Positions 36,940 to 50,225 of a DNA stretch of 64,000 nt are shown here, in pieces. The position numbers were made by a program, and so were the translations under genes. Every line of letters begins with the position of its first letter. Position 1 is the stretch's first letter. The notes beneath the pieces were generated by a model, which saw only the letters and a list, made by a program, of their open reading frames with translations, made no database searches and was not told the DNA's origin. Where the stretch lies: assembly GCF_004010195.1 (NCBI RefSeq), contig NC_057757.1, positions 8,590,300-8,654,299 on the forward strand, in the 5' to 3' direction. Source of the DNA: Chiloscyllium plagiosum (taxonomy: Eukaryota).

Positions 36940-38890
36940 GTCATTTGCTAATTTACTGATAATTGAGAGTAGACTGGTTGAGCAGTAATTAGTTGGGTAG
37001 GATTGTCCTGCCTTATATCTGCCAGACATACCTGGAGATTTTCTGCATTTTTGTGAAGATGCCTGTGTTGTAACTGTACTGGAACAGATTCGCTAGGGGA
37101 GCGGCAAGTTGTAAACCTTCAGTACTATTGCCGGAATGTTCTCAGGGTCCGTCACGTTTGCAGCATTCAGTGTCTCCCACGCTTTCTTGAAATCTCGAGG
37201 ATTGGATCCAATTGGCTGAAGACTGGTGACTGTAATGTTGGGGACCACTGGAGGAGGCCGAGATGGATCAACCACTTGTCACTTATGGCTGAAGATCGCT
37301 ATGAAAGCTTTAGCTTGATCTTTTGTACTGATGTTCTGGGCTCTTCTATCATTGAAGATAGAGATAATTATGGAGTTGTTTAATTGTCCATCACCATTCA
37401 CGACTGGATGTGGCAAGACTGCAGAGCTTAGATCTGATCTGTTGGTTGTGGGATTCATTAGCTCTGTCTATCACTTGCTTCTTATGCTGCTTGGCAAGCA
37501 GTCCTATTTGGTGGCTTCACCATGTTAAAACCTCATCTTCAGGTATGCCTGATGCTGCTCCAGGAATGCTCTCCTCCACTCTCCATTGATCCAGGGTTGA
37601 TATCCTGGCTTGAAGGTAATGCTTGAGAGGGGGATATGTCGGGCCATGAGGTTACACATTGTGCTGGAGTGCAAGTATGCTGCTGTTGACAGCCCGCAGC
37701 ACCTCATGGCCATCTCTGAAGGTGTTCCTCAGGGGAGTGTCCTCAGTCCAACGTCGTCAGCTACTTCATCAATGACCACCCCTCCATCATAAGATCAGAA
37801 GAAGTGATGTTTGCTGATGATTGCTCAGTGTTCAGCGCCAGTTATAACTCCATGTTCAAATGCAGTGAGACCTGGACAATATCCAGACTTGGGCTGACAA
37901 GTGGCAAGTAACATTCTTGCCACTCAACTGCTAAAACCATCAGCAATAAGAGCCAATCTAACCACTGCCCCTTGACATTCACCATTACTGAAACCCCCGT
38001 TGTCAATATCCAGGAGGTTGTCATTGACCAGAAACACAACTGGACTCACCACATCAGCACACTGGCTACAAGAACAGGTCAGACGCTAGGAACACTGCTG
38101 CAAGTAACTCATCATCTGACTCCTCCAAGCCTGAGTATAAAGTTCTCTTATAATTAATAGAATGTAATGAGAGGTTTATGAATTCATGACTATCATATCC
38201 AATTATTATTGTAAATTGTGTATAACATATTATATATTATTATAAATTATATAGAATGACTCCCTAAGATTGACACCTACAGGATGGCAATATAATTTGT
38301 TGTTTGAGTATTTTTTAAATCTGAGGCTAGGAACCCTGCAATGTGCACCTCTTGACTTCTCAAAGCCTGTCCAACATCTGCAAGGCACAAGTCAGGAGTG
38401 TGATGGAATACTCCCCATTGGCCTGGAAGGGTGCAGCTCCAATAACACTCAAGAAGCTTGACATCATTCAGGACTAAGCAGCCCACTTGATTAGTACGAC
38501 ATCCCCAAACATCCACTCCCTCCACCAGCTCAGTAGCAACAGAGTGTACTATGTACAAGCTGCTCTGGAGAACGTTACCAAGGCTCCTCAGACAGCAAGC
38601 TCCAAACCCATGATCACTTCTATCTGGAAGGACAAGGGCAACAGGTATGTGGAAACATGTCCATATGCAAGTTTCCCCTCAAGTCTCCTGGCATCCTGAA
38701 TTATATTACCCCTCCTTCAGTGTCACTGGATTAAAATCTTGGAGTCCCTCGTTCACCATATTGTGGGCCAACCTATAACACATGGACTGCAGCAGTTCAT
38801 GAGGCAGCTCATCACCATCTTCTCAGGGCCAATTCAAGGCAGCCAGTAAATATTGGCCCAATCAACTATGCCCTTATCCCATTTGTGGAT
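36940..38890. mobile_element. Old CR1/L2-clade LINE with inverted 5' part (minus ~36940-37710, plus ~37715-38890)
   Basis: Minus PGYQPWINGEWRRA and A..TDPENIPAIVLK; plus GVPQGSVLSP and MFADDC, ending in a tail GGACTGCAGCAGTTCATGAGGCAGCTCATCACCATCTTCTC. Confidence 0.7.
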
Positions 38891-38924
38891 AAAAATGAAT
38901 AAATTATGGGAGCCATTATCAATG

Positions 38925-39340
38925 ACCATAGGACTATAATGTACAAGAGTAGGATTAAACCATTTGGCTCATTGAGTTTGCTCCACCATTTGATCACAAC
39001 GTTTATGTTTCTCAACCACATTCTCCTGTCTTCGACCCATAACCCTCCACCCACCTTGCTAATCAAGAACCTATCTGGCTCTGTTGTAAATACACTCATT
39101 GACTTGGCTTCCACAGCCTTCCACAGTAGTGAGTTCCACAGATTCACCATCATCTGGCTGAAGAAATTCCTCCTCATTTCAGTTCTAAAGGGTTAACCCT
39201 TCATTCTGCGGCTATGCGCTCAGACCTTAGTATCTCCTATTCATGGAAACATTCCCTCCATACCCACTCTATCTGCACCTCTTGATATTTTGGAAGTTTC
39301 AGTCAGATCCCCCCTCAGTTTTCTAAATTCCATTGAACAA
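38925..39340 (-). mobile_element. CR1 3' fragment
   Basis: MRRNFFSQMMVNLWNSL...AVEAKS. Confidence 0.8.
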
Positions 39341-39564
39341 GACTGACGTTAATGTACTATTGAGCAAGCAAAAATGAAAGGAGAGGTGACTATCTGTGAT
39401 GAGATTGTGAAATATGGCTTTGATATGAAGACATGGAGCTACACGATCTGATCTGGCCTGGGGGCTATTCTCTGATGGGGAGTTTTAAGTCATTGTTACC
39501 ATTTGTTGGAAAGTTAATTCAGTCTATTTGTTAAGTGATTGTTATTCTCCCCATTCATCATGGG

Positions 39565-39610
39565 ACTGGATTTTCTACCTGGGTAGATTCTCTCTGTGAT
39601 AAATACGTTG
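39565..39610 (+). promoter_or_regulatory. Candidate core promoter shared with paralogues
   Basis: GATTTTCT..GATTCTC..GATAAATA ~90 nt upstream of the ATG, matching 23247-23285 and 31890-31927. Confidence 0.4.
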
Positions 39611-39692
39611 AATATTCTCCATGCAGCAACTGGAGGATTGTCAGCAGCCTCTGGATCATCCACCAAAGCACCGATTACATCGAAACATAAAT

Positions 39693-42600
39693 ATGTCTCT
39701 CAGTTTTCTCACCAGATTGAAGATTTTATGGGCGCTTTATGATATACAAAGGATCTACTTCCCCATCTTGGCTGCTGCTGGTGTCCCCGGTATGTTTTGA
39801 ACTCAAGGTGGTACATTAGTCACCTCAAATTAACAGTTTGTGCTTTTGCTTTTGTTCTGTGTTGCACATTCCTTGACAAATTCAGGTTTCTCTCTTAAAA
39901 ATTGTGCCTCTCTTCAAAAATATTCTGCTGATTTTAAACTGATTTGTGACCACCCCACTTTGCAACATAGAAGTCTTTCATTTATTCCTCTCTCTCTCTT
40001 TATTTCTTTATCTCGCTTGTACTTTGTTCTTTCATTCTTTCTTTATGTTTTCTCTTTCTTTTCTGTTTTTGTTCTTTCCTTCTGCCTTTCCATCTTTCTT
40101 TCTTTTCTTACTCATTTCTTTCTTTATTTATTTCTTTTTCTTCCTTCCTTCTTTCTTCCTTCCTTTCTTTCTTCCTGCATTCTACCATTAATTCTATTTT
40201 CTATCAGATTAATTTATCCCCTTCGATCTGATTAGTTTCCCACCCTGTACCATTAAACCTCCTTCTGGATCCCTCCAACGTTGGAAACATCCTTCCTGCA
40301 TCTTCCCTACCGAATAATGTTCGGATTTTGTAGGTTTCTAGGAGACCTCCCCATCATTCTACTAACTTCTATTGAATATAGTTGTAATCAATCCAATCTC
40401 TCCCTATACTCAATGATTCCAAATCAGTACTCAGCCTGGTAAACTTTCTCTGCATGCTCAATCTTGAATATTATTTCAAGAAATGGTTCATGATATACAC
40501 TAACAGGTTTCCTGCAGGAAAGTGTTGATGCACTTAATATTTATTTATTGCACTGCAAATCATGTAATTCTTCTTTCAGTTATATTTGATAAGTGTGTCT
40601 ACGTTTATAAATGTCATACCATGAGTGCAATGTGTTCGTGTGGAGCAGATGTGTCTTTAGCTCCTGAACTCACCAAACTGGGTCTGCACTCACATTAAGG
40701 CTCAGGTCAAATAAATAATATAGCCGAACATAGAGCAGGAATAAATTATTGCAGATGCTGGAATCTGAACTGAAAACATCAAATGCTGGAAATCACAGTA
40801 GGTCAGGCAGTGTCCATGGGAAATGAGTGAGCTAATGTTTCACATCCAGATGACTCTTCATCAGAGTTGATGTGGAACGGAGACGAGGCAGCATTTCTGC
40901 AATGGTCGGGGTGGGGGGGGGGGGGGTTGGTGGGGAGGGGGAAGGTGGTGGNNNNNNNNNNNNNNNNNNNNNNNNNNNNNNNNNNNNNNNNNNNNNNNNN
41001 NNNNNNNNNNNNNNNNNNNNNNNNNNNNNNNNNNNNNNNNNNNNNNNNNNNNNNNNNNNNNNNNNNNNNNNNNNNNNNNNNNNNNNNNNNNNNNNNNNNN
41101 NNNNNNNNNNNNNNNNNNNNNNNNNNNNNNNNNNNNNNNNNNNNNNNNNNNNNNNNNNNNNNNNNNNNNNNNNNNNNNNNNNNNNNNNNNNNNNNNNNNN
41201 NNNNNNNNNNNNNNNNNNNNNNNNNNNNNNNNNNNNNNNNNNNNNNNNNNNNNNNNNNNNNNNNNNNNNNNNNNNNNNNNNNNNNNNNNNNNNNNNNNNN
41301 NNNNNNNNNNNNNNNNNNNNNNNNNNNNNNNNNNNNNNNNNNNNNNNNNNNNNNNNNNNNNNNNNNNNNNNNNNNNNNNNNNNNNNNNNNNNNNNNNNNN
41401 NNNNNNNNNNNNNNNNNNNNNNNNNNNNNNNNNNNNNNNNNNNNNNNNNNNNNNNNNNNNNNNNNNNNNNNNNNNNNNNNNNNNNNNNNNNNNNNNNNNN
41501 NNNNNNNNNNNNNNNNNNNNNNNNNNNNNNNNNNNNNNNNNNNNNNNNNNNNNNNNNNNNNNNNNNNNNNNNNNNNNNNNNNNNNNNNNNNNNNNNNNNN
41601 NNNCTCGGCATGCTGCGGTGTTCCAGTGAATCACAGCGCAAACTGGAGGAACAACATCTCATCATCAGACCAAGCACTTTAGTCTTCTGGACTTTATAAC
41701 ACCTTCAGATTGGGAACCCACTCCTATTCCTTCCCTTTATTTCAGCGATACTTGTTACATTCTCTATCACTATGACCTCTCTTCCGTCCCCCACCTAGTG
41801 CAGTGAGCCTGTTGTTCTGCCGCTCTGCCATTCTGATGACTTAATCTGCACTGTCAGCACCCTTTCTCCATCAGTTCTCCATCCCCCCACACTATGGCAT
41901 AAATGTTGCCCCCTCGACACTTCACGTCAGCTTTGATGAAGAGTCCTCTAGACTTGAAATCTTAGCTTATCCTCTCTCCATGGATGCTGTGGATATGTGA
42001 CCAGGACGTTGTGTTGAAATTATCAGCTGCGCGAAGGTCAGGGAAGGTGATTGGAATCCTCTTTGCCCCCACTTTCCATCACATTAGCCTCTGTATTCAA
42101 GGGATCATCTTCCACCATTAGTTGTCTTCAGGTCAGATTCCAGCATCTGCAATAATCTATTCCTGTTGTATACTGTGCTATGTTATGTATTTGGTAATAT
42201 TTTGTTGATTACCTTGATGCCAAAACCAAAATTCCTGACACTATGTTAAAGCTAAAAAGAACAAGTTTCAATCATTGGTTGCAAAAACAATGCTGCACTG
42301 TCCCATCTAATTTCAAGTTAAGTTGCAGGATATTAATTGTCCCTCTTCAGAAAGCTACTCTGTTGGTTCAGTGGAAACATATTCAACTTTTCTTATTCGC
42401 AGCAACTTTTAATTGGAAAGGTTATACAAATATCTGTCAGTTGCTAGTGAATAATTCCCCTGTTCGTCTCTTATTTACAGTGAACATAGTCACAATTGTG
42501 ATCTTGTTTCGCAGAAAATGTGGTCTCTCGAACTGTGTCACTTCGTACCTGCTTGCCATGGCAACAGCAGATCTTCTGGTTGTTATCATTGACCTGATCC

Positions 42601-43285
42601 TGCGCCAGATTCCAATTGTCTATCGGGAGGAATTTAATTTTGTGAGGACCGTTCCTTTGTGTAATATCCATGCAATCTTGTTGTATGTTGTCACTGACTG
42701 CTCTGTCTGGTTCACTGTCGCTTTCACATTTGATCGTTGCATGGCCATTTGTTGGCAGAAGCTGAAATCAAAATATTGCATTGAGAAGACGGCCATTGTG
42801 GTCGTTGGAACTGTGACTGTGCTGAGTTGTTTGAAGAACACTTTCTGGTATTTTCTGTATACAAGTGATTATTGGCTTTCCAATAATCCCTGGTTTTGCC
42901 GTGTGTCTTTCAATGTTTCTCGTTCACTGGTCTGGGCTGTCACTGAATTAATGCATTATATTTTGACGCCATTCGTTCCCTTTCTCTTGATTTTAGTGTT
43001 CAATGCATTGACAGTCCAGCACATTATCACAGCCAGCAGAGCTCGCAGGAGGCTGCAGTGTCAGGGTCAAGGTGAGAACCCCAAAGATCAGGAGATGGAA
43101 AACCGAAGGAAATCCATGATTTTACTGTTTGTTATCTCGGGAAATTTCATGTTGCTATGGGCCGTCTTCATGATCTCTTCCATATGGAGACGCTTGGATT
43201 ACTTGGGGTATCCTATTTCTCTGCCTACCTTTGTCCCAGAAATTGGCTCAACATTGCAACTCCTGAGTTGCTGCACAAACACCTT
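39693..43285 (+). CDS. GPR139/GPR142-like class A GPCR gene 3 (exon 1 39693-39789; exon 2 42481->43285; 3' end in gap)
   Basis: Exon 1 MSLSFLTRLKILWALYDIQRIYFPILAAAGVP+G|GTATGT; phase-1 intron ending TTTACAG; uninterrupted frame with TM1-TM7 (AMATADLL, TFDRCMAIC, LLSCCTNT). Confidence 0.88.
40740..42160. mobile_element. Penelope-like fragment with inverted ends in the intron of GPCR gene 3
   Basis: TTGCAGATGCTGGAATCTGA (40749) is inverted relative to TCAGATTCCAGCATCTGCAA (42133); RKLEEQHLI C-terminus at ~41640; hammerhead-like CTGATGAAGAGTC...GAAAC on minus ~40835-40865 and a degenerate plus copy at ~41932-41960. Confidence 0.72.
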
Positions 43286-43785
43286 NNNNNNNNNNNNNNN
43301 NNNNNNNNNNNNNNNNNNNNNNNNNNNNNNNNNNNNNNNNNNNNNNNNNNNNNNNNNNNNNNNNNNNNNNNNNNNNNNNNNNNNNNNNNNNNNNNNNNNN
43401 NNNNNNNNNNNNNNNNNNNNNNNNNNNNNNNNNNNNNNNNNNNNNNNNNNNNNNNNNNNNNNNNNNNNNNNNNNNNNNNNNNNNNNNNNNNNNNNNNNNN
43501 NNNNNNNNNNNNNNNNNNNNNNNNNNNNNNNNNNNNNNNNNNNNNNNNNNNNNNNNNNNNNNNNNNNNNNNNNNNNNNNNNNNNNNNNNNNNNNNNNNNN
43601 NNNNNNNNNNNNNNNNNNNNNNNNNNNNNNNNNNNNNNNNNNNNNNNNNNNNNNNNNNNNNNNNNNNNNNNNNNNNNNNNNNNNNNNNNNNNNNNNNNNN
43701 NNNNNNNNNNNNNNNNNNNNNNNNNNNNNNNNNNNNNNNNNNNNNNNNNNNNNNNNNNNNNNNNNNNNNNNNNNNNNNNNNNNNN

Positions 43786-46700
43786 GCGTGAGTTTCAGTC
43801 GCAGTGTTCTGTAGATCGATTTTCGAAGGTGACCTTGTACAGTGTGATTTTCTATAGCGATATTGTATTGTGTGATTTTCTGTGTTAGTGTGCGTTATCT
43901 GAATTTTCTATAGCAATCTTGTACAATGTGATTTTCTGTATCGGTGTCTTGTAGCCCGATTATATATAGCGACCTTGTACAGTGTGATTTTCTGTAGCAG
44001 TGTTCTGTATCTCAATTTTCGTTTTCGACCTTGTACAACCTGTTGTTCTGTATCGGTGTTCAGTAGTGTAATTTTCTAATGCGACCTTATACAATGTGAT
44101 TTTCGGTAAAAGTGTTCAATAGCTTGATTTTCTACTGCAACCTCGTGCAGTGTGATTTTCTATAGTGGTGTCCTGTATCATGACTTTCTGTAGTGACCGT
44201 GTACAGTGTGATTTTCTGCAACAGTGTTCTGTATCTCCATGTTCTATACCAACCTCATAAAATGAGACTTTTCTGTATCGGTGTTTTTTAGCTCGATTTT
44301 CTGTAGCGCCCTTTGACAGTGTGATTTTCTGTAGATGTGTTCTGTGGATCGATTTTCTAAGGCGACCTTGTACAATGTGATTTTGTATAGCGATGTTGTA
44401 CAGTGTGGTTTTCTGTATCAGTGTTCTGTATCTCAATTTTCTGCAGCGACATTGTAAAGTGTGATTTTCGGTTGCAGTGTTCTGTAGACCAATTTTCTAT
44501 GGCGACCTTGTACAGTGTGATATTCTGTAGCGTGTTCTGTAGCTTAATTTTCTGTAGCGACCTTGTACAATGTGATTTTCTGTAGCAGTGTTCTGTAGCT
44601 TAATTTTCTAAAGCGACCTTATGCAACGTGATTTTCTGTAAAAGTGTTCTATAGTTCGATTTTCTATTGCGATCTTGTACAATGTGATTTTTCTGTAACG
44701 GTGTTCTCTGGCTCGATTTTTTATAGTGACCTTTGCCATGTGACATTCTGTAGTGGTTTTCTGTAGCTCAACTTTGTATAGCGACCTTGTACAGTGCGAT
44801 TTTCTGTAGTGCTTTCCTGTGGCTCAGTTTACTTTTGCGACCTTTTACAATGTGATTTTCCGTCGTGATTTTCTTTGGCTGGATTTTCGATAGCGATGTT
44901 GTACAGTGTGACTTTCTGTAATGGTATTCTGTAGCTCAGTTTTCTGTTGCGATATTGTACAATGTGATTTTCCGTCGTGGTTTTCTGTGGTTCCATTTCC
45001 TATAGCGACGTTGTACTGTTCTGTAACGGTGTTCTGTGTCTCGATTTTCTATCGTGACCTTGTACAGTGTGAATTTCTGTCACGCCGTTCTGTCAATCAA
45101 TTGTCTAAAGCGACCTTATACAATTTTCTGTAGCGACACTGGACAGTGTGATTTTCTGTAATGGTGTTCTGTAGCTCGATTTTCTGTAGCGACATTTTGC
45201 AGTACAATGTATCTGTAGTGTTTTTCTGTGTCTCGATTTTCTTTAACGACCTGTACAATGTGATTTTCTATCGCGGTGTTGTGTAGCTCGATTTCCAATA
45301 GCGACCTTGTTCAGTGTGATTTTCCATAACGGTGTTCTGTCCCTCCATTTTCTGTATTGATCCTGTACAGTGTGATTTTCTATAGCCGTGTTCTGTATCT
45401 CGATTTTCTATAATGACATTGTACGGTGTGATTTTCTGTACCAGTATTCTGTATCTCAATTTTCTATAACAACCTTGTACAATATGACTTTGTGTTGGTC
45501 CATAGCTCGATTTTCTGTAGCGTCCTTGTACAGTGTGATTTTCTGTAGCAGTGTTCTGTAGATCGATTTTCTATGGCGACCTTGTACAGTGTGATTTTCT
45601 AGAGTGAAATTGCATAATTTGATTTTCTGTATCAGTGTTCTGTATCTCAATTTTCTACTGCAATCTTGTACAATGTGACTTTCTGTATCGGTGTCCTGTA
45701 GCTCGATTTTCTATAGTGACCTTGTACAGTGTGATTTTCTGTAGCAGTGTTCTGTATCTCAATTTTCTTTTGTAACCTTGTAAAACGCGATTTTCTGTAT
45801 CGGAGTTCTGTAGCCCAATTTTCTAATGCGACCTTATACAATGTTATTTTCAGTAAAAGTGTTCTATAGCTTGTTTTTTCTACAGCGACCTCGTGCAATG
45901 TGTTTTTCTGCAGTAGTTTCCTGTAACTTGATTTTTTCTATAGCGACGTGTACAGTATGATTTTCTGCAACAGTATTCTGTACTTCAATTTTCTATCCCA
46001 ACCTTGTACAATATAGCTTTCTGTATCGGTGTTCTATATCTCGATTTTCTGTAGCGCCCTTGTACAGTGTGATTTTCTGTAGCAGTGTTCTGTGGATCAA
46101 TTTTCTCAGGCGACCTTGTACAATGTGATTTTGTATAGCGATATAGCACCGTTCAGTTTTCTGCATCATGTTCTGTCTCTCAATTTTCCGTAGAAAACTT
46201 GTACAGTGTGATTTTCTGTATCAGTGTTCTGTAGCTCAATTTTTCTGTAGCGACCTTGTAAAGTGTGATGTTCTGGTAGCAGTGTTCTGTAGACCAATTT
46301 TCTATGGCGACCTTGTACAGTGTGATATTCTGTAGCGTGTTCTGTAGCTTGATTTTCCGTTGCGACCTTGTACAATGTGATTTTTCTGTAATTGTGTTCT
46401 CTGGCTCGATATTTTTTGGTGACCTTTGCCATGTGATTTTTCTGTAGTGGTTTTCTGTAGCTCAATTTTGTATAGCGACCTTGTACAGTGCGATTTTCTG
46501 GAATGCTTTCCTGTGGCTCAGTTTACTGTTGCGACCTTTTACAATGTGATTTTCTGTCCTGTTCTGTTGCTCGACTTTCTATAGCGACCTTGTAGAGCGT
46601 GCTGTTCCTTAACAGTGTTCTGTCCCTCCATTTTCTACATTGACATTACACAGCGCTATTTTCTGTAGCAGTGTTCTGTACATCGACTTTCTACACCGAC

Positions 46701-48118
46701 ATTGTACATTGTGATTTTCTGTACCAATATTCTGTATCTCACTTTTCTATAACAACCTTGTACAATATGACTTTTTGTGTCGTTGTTCTCTAGATCCATT
46801 TTCTGTGGCGACCTTCTACAGTGTGATTTTCTGCACCAGTGCATTGTAGCTCGATTTTCTGTAGCGATATTGTACAGTGTGAGTTCCTGTATCAGTGTTT
46901 TGTATTTCAATTTTCTATGGCAACCTTGTACAGTGTGATTTTCAGTATCAGTGTGCTGTAGCTCGAATTTCTATAGCGACGTTTTACAATGTGATTATCT
47001 GTATCAGTGTTCTGTATCTCAGTTTTCTATAGCAACCTTGCACAATATAATTTTCTGTATCAGTGCGCTGCAGCTAGATTTTCTATAGCGACCTTGTACA
47101 ATGTGATTTTCTGTCACGGTTTTCTGTAGCTCGATTTTCTATGGCGACCTTGTATAGTGAGATTTTCTGTTGTAGTATTCTGTAGCTTCATTTTCTAAAG
47201 TGACCTCATACAGTGTGATTTTCTGTAACGGTGTTCTGCTGCTCGATTTTGCTTGTTCCGTGTGGATTTCTATACTGCTGTTCTGGAGCTCGATTTTCTA
47301 TAGCGACCTTGTACAGTGTGATTTTCTGTAGCAGTATTGTGTAGATCGATTTTCTATAGCGACCTTATACAGTGTGATTTTCTGTAGCAGTATTGTGTAG
47401 ATCGACTTTCTATGGCGAACTTGTACAATGTGATTTTCTATAGCGATATTGTATAGTTTGATTTTCTATACCAGCATTCTGTATCTCAGTTTCCTATAGC
47501 AACCTTATAGAATGTGACTTTCTGTATCGATGTTCTGTAGCTCGACTTTCTATAGCGTACTATAGAAAGTGTAATTTTCTGTAGCAGTGTTCTGTATCTC
47601 AAGCTCTTTTTGCCACGTTTTACAGTGTAACTTTCTGTATCGGTGTTCTGTAGCTTAAATTTCTATCGTGACCTTATACAATGTGATTTTCTGTAAAAGT
47701 GTTCGATTGCTCGATTTTCTATAGCGACCTTGTGCTGTGTGATTTTCTGTAGCGGTGTTCTGTAGGTTGGTTTTCTAAAGCGACCATGTACAATGTGATT
47801 TTGTGTAGCAGTGTTCGGTCACTCAGTTTTCTTTTGCGACTTTGTACAGTGTGATTTTCTGTAGTGGTTTTCTGTATCTCGACTTTCTATAGCGATCTTG
47901 TGCAGTGTGATTTTTCTGTAACAGTTTTCAGTGACTCGATTTTCTATTGTGACCTTTACCTTGTGACTTTCTGTCGTGGTTTTCTGTAGCACAATTTTCC
48001 ATAGCGACCTTGTACTGTGTGATTTTCTATAGTAGTGTTCTGTCGCTCGACTACTATTGCGACCTTGAATAGTCTGAAGTTCTGTAGCGGTGTTCTGTAG
48101 GTCGATTTTCTGTAGCAC
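43786..48118. repeat. Tandem satellite, 56-bp unit made of two related 28-mers
   Basis: Alternating GATTTTCTATAGCGACCTTGTACAGTGT and GATTTTCTGTAGCAGTGTTCTGTAGCTC (e.g. starts at 47292, 47320, 47348). Confidence 0.95.
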
Positions 48119-49363
48119 AAAGTTGCAGAGGTCTGTCGCAGTATAGTTGAAAGACCTGTAGTCTGTAAGTAAGGCCAGCATGGCTGGGTGGAATAGACAG
48201 CATATGGGAACTATTGGATGTACCATCTTTTCAAGACAATCTACTCTGCCATGGCTGGGCGAGGGTGACCTGCACATTTCAGAACTTGTTCTGCAGATTA
48301 GCAACATCCAAATCAGAACCAATCTAAATAAATGTCTGGTTAAATGTTCACCAGTTGAATTGGAGGTTGATAACAGTGCGGCTGATTCAGTGATTGTTGG
48401 TTTAATTTCCACAGACTGTCGTAAAATGCTTGGCCAAGCCTGGTGGGGTGAAATTGGTTGAGAAAGATTCAATTTGATTGGTTCAACATTATTTGATTTA
48501 AAAACGGGTCCCTGAGATCAACCTGAATTAAATACCTGAAAGTTTTCCAGAAAGATCCAGGGGCTATCAAAGGAGCCAAGGCCACCTTTCATGGTGACTC
48601 AGAAGCAATCCCATGGTTATGCAAGGCTCACCAGTGCCATTTGCCTTAGAGGCAAAAGTAGAGGCAGAAATCAGGAGGTTGGAGAGCGAAGGAATCATCC
48701 AACCCACCCAATTGGTGGAATGGGCAGTGCTGGGCCTACTTATTGTGAAGCCCGACAGGTCGGTTCACCTTTGTGTGGATTTGAAACAAATTGTAAACTG
48801 CATTCAACAGCTGGATAAATACCCAAGCCTTCACGTCGAGGGTTTTTACACAAAGCTGGCAGGGGTTGTGGCTGTCCTTCACGAAGCTGAACATGAGACT
48901 TGTGCAGCTGTAATTGTAATTTAATAAGGATTCCCAAAAATGTGCTACAATTCATACCCAATGGGGTTTGTTAAAACATATGAGAGTGCCATTTGGGGTG
49001 TCATCATCCTGTGCCATTTTCCAGCTGATGATGATGATGGAGAACATTTTGAAAAGTCTATCCCAGCTCTCCATTTATCTGGATGACATGGTAATAACAG
49101 GAAGACTAATAAAGAGCATTTAGAAAACTTGGACATGGTGCTTGATTGTTTCTCCAAGGTGGGTGTGCACCTTCGGAGGGAATAATCTGTGTTTTCAGAC
49201 ACCCCAAGTGACCTACATGGGCTACAAAGTCGACAAGACTGGGTTATACCTTTTGGAAGATAAAGTGAGAGTGATCAAAGGAGCCCCGGCTCCGAGGTCT
49301 ATACCAGAGCTGAGGTCTTTTCTTGGATTGGTGAATTATTACTGAAAACTGAGATGTAACCTG

Positions 49364-50225
49364 CGGAGATGAGGATAGTGTAGAAGTTTATCAAAGAATA
49401 CAGCAGGTTATAGATCAGATCCAGATATGAGTGGAGAAATGGCAGATGGAGTTTAATCTGGGTAAGCGTGAAGTACTGCACTTTGGGAGATCAAATGTTA
49501 AGGAACAATATACAATTAATGGCAGGACCCTGAACAGCATTGATGTACAGAGAGATCTTGGGGTTCAAGTCCAGAGCTCCCTGAAAGTAGGCTTGTAAGT
49601 AGATAGGATGGTAAAGAAGGTGCATGGCATGCTTACCTCTACTGATTGGGGAATTGAGTACAAGAGTCAGATGTCATGTTGCAGCTTTATAAGACTTTGG
49701 TTAGGCCACACCTAGAGTATTGCATTCAATTCTGTTCATCACGTTACAGGTAGGATGTGGAGGCTTGGAGAGGTGCAGAAGAGGTTTAACGGGATGTTTC
49801 CTGAATTAGAGGGTAGGAGCTATAATGAGCGGCTGGAAAAACTTGGTTTGTTTTTCTCTGGAGCAGCAGAGACTGAGAGAGCCTTCATAGATGCATAGAT
49901 AGGGTTGATGGTCAGAATCTTTATCCCAGGATTGAATTGTCTCATACTTGGGACGTGCATTATAAGGTGAGGGGGGAAAGTTCAACGGAGGTGTGAGGGG
50001 TAAGTATTTTACACAGAGTGTGTAGGAGTCTGGAATGCGCTGCCAGTGGTGGTGGTGGAGGCAACTACGATAGGCGTGCTTATGTGATTTTCAGATAAGC
50101 ACAAGGATATGCAAGGAATGGAGAGATATGGCAGGAAGAAGGGATTAGTCTAATCTGGCGTCATGTTCAGCACAACATTGTGGGCCGAAGGGCCTGTTCC
50201 TGTGCTGTACCGTTCTATGTTGTGA
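49364..50225 (+). mobile_element. 5'-truncated CR1 inserted in Gypsy pol
   Basis: CR1 RT end and tail GGGCCGAAGGGCCTGTTCCTGTGCTGTACCGTTCTATG; flanked by a GAT(G/C)TAACCTG duplication. Confidence 0.85.

Noticed and set aside
42243..42480. 79-codon in-frame N-terminal extension of the GPCR gene 3 ORF
   Set aside because: It lies in the intron; a canonical acceptor at 42480 and a homologous exon 1 at 39693 explain the gene better, and paralogues lack the extension
43786..48118. CRISPR-like regular spacing and many short ORFs
   Set aside because: Both 28-mers repeat, so there are no unique spacers; there are no cas genes and the context is eukaryotic; the ORFs are satellite translations
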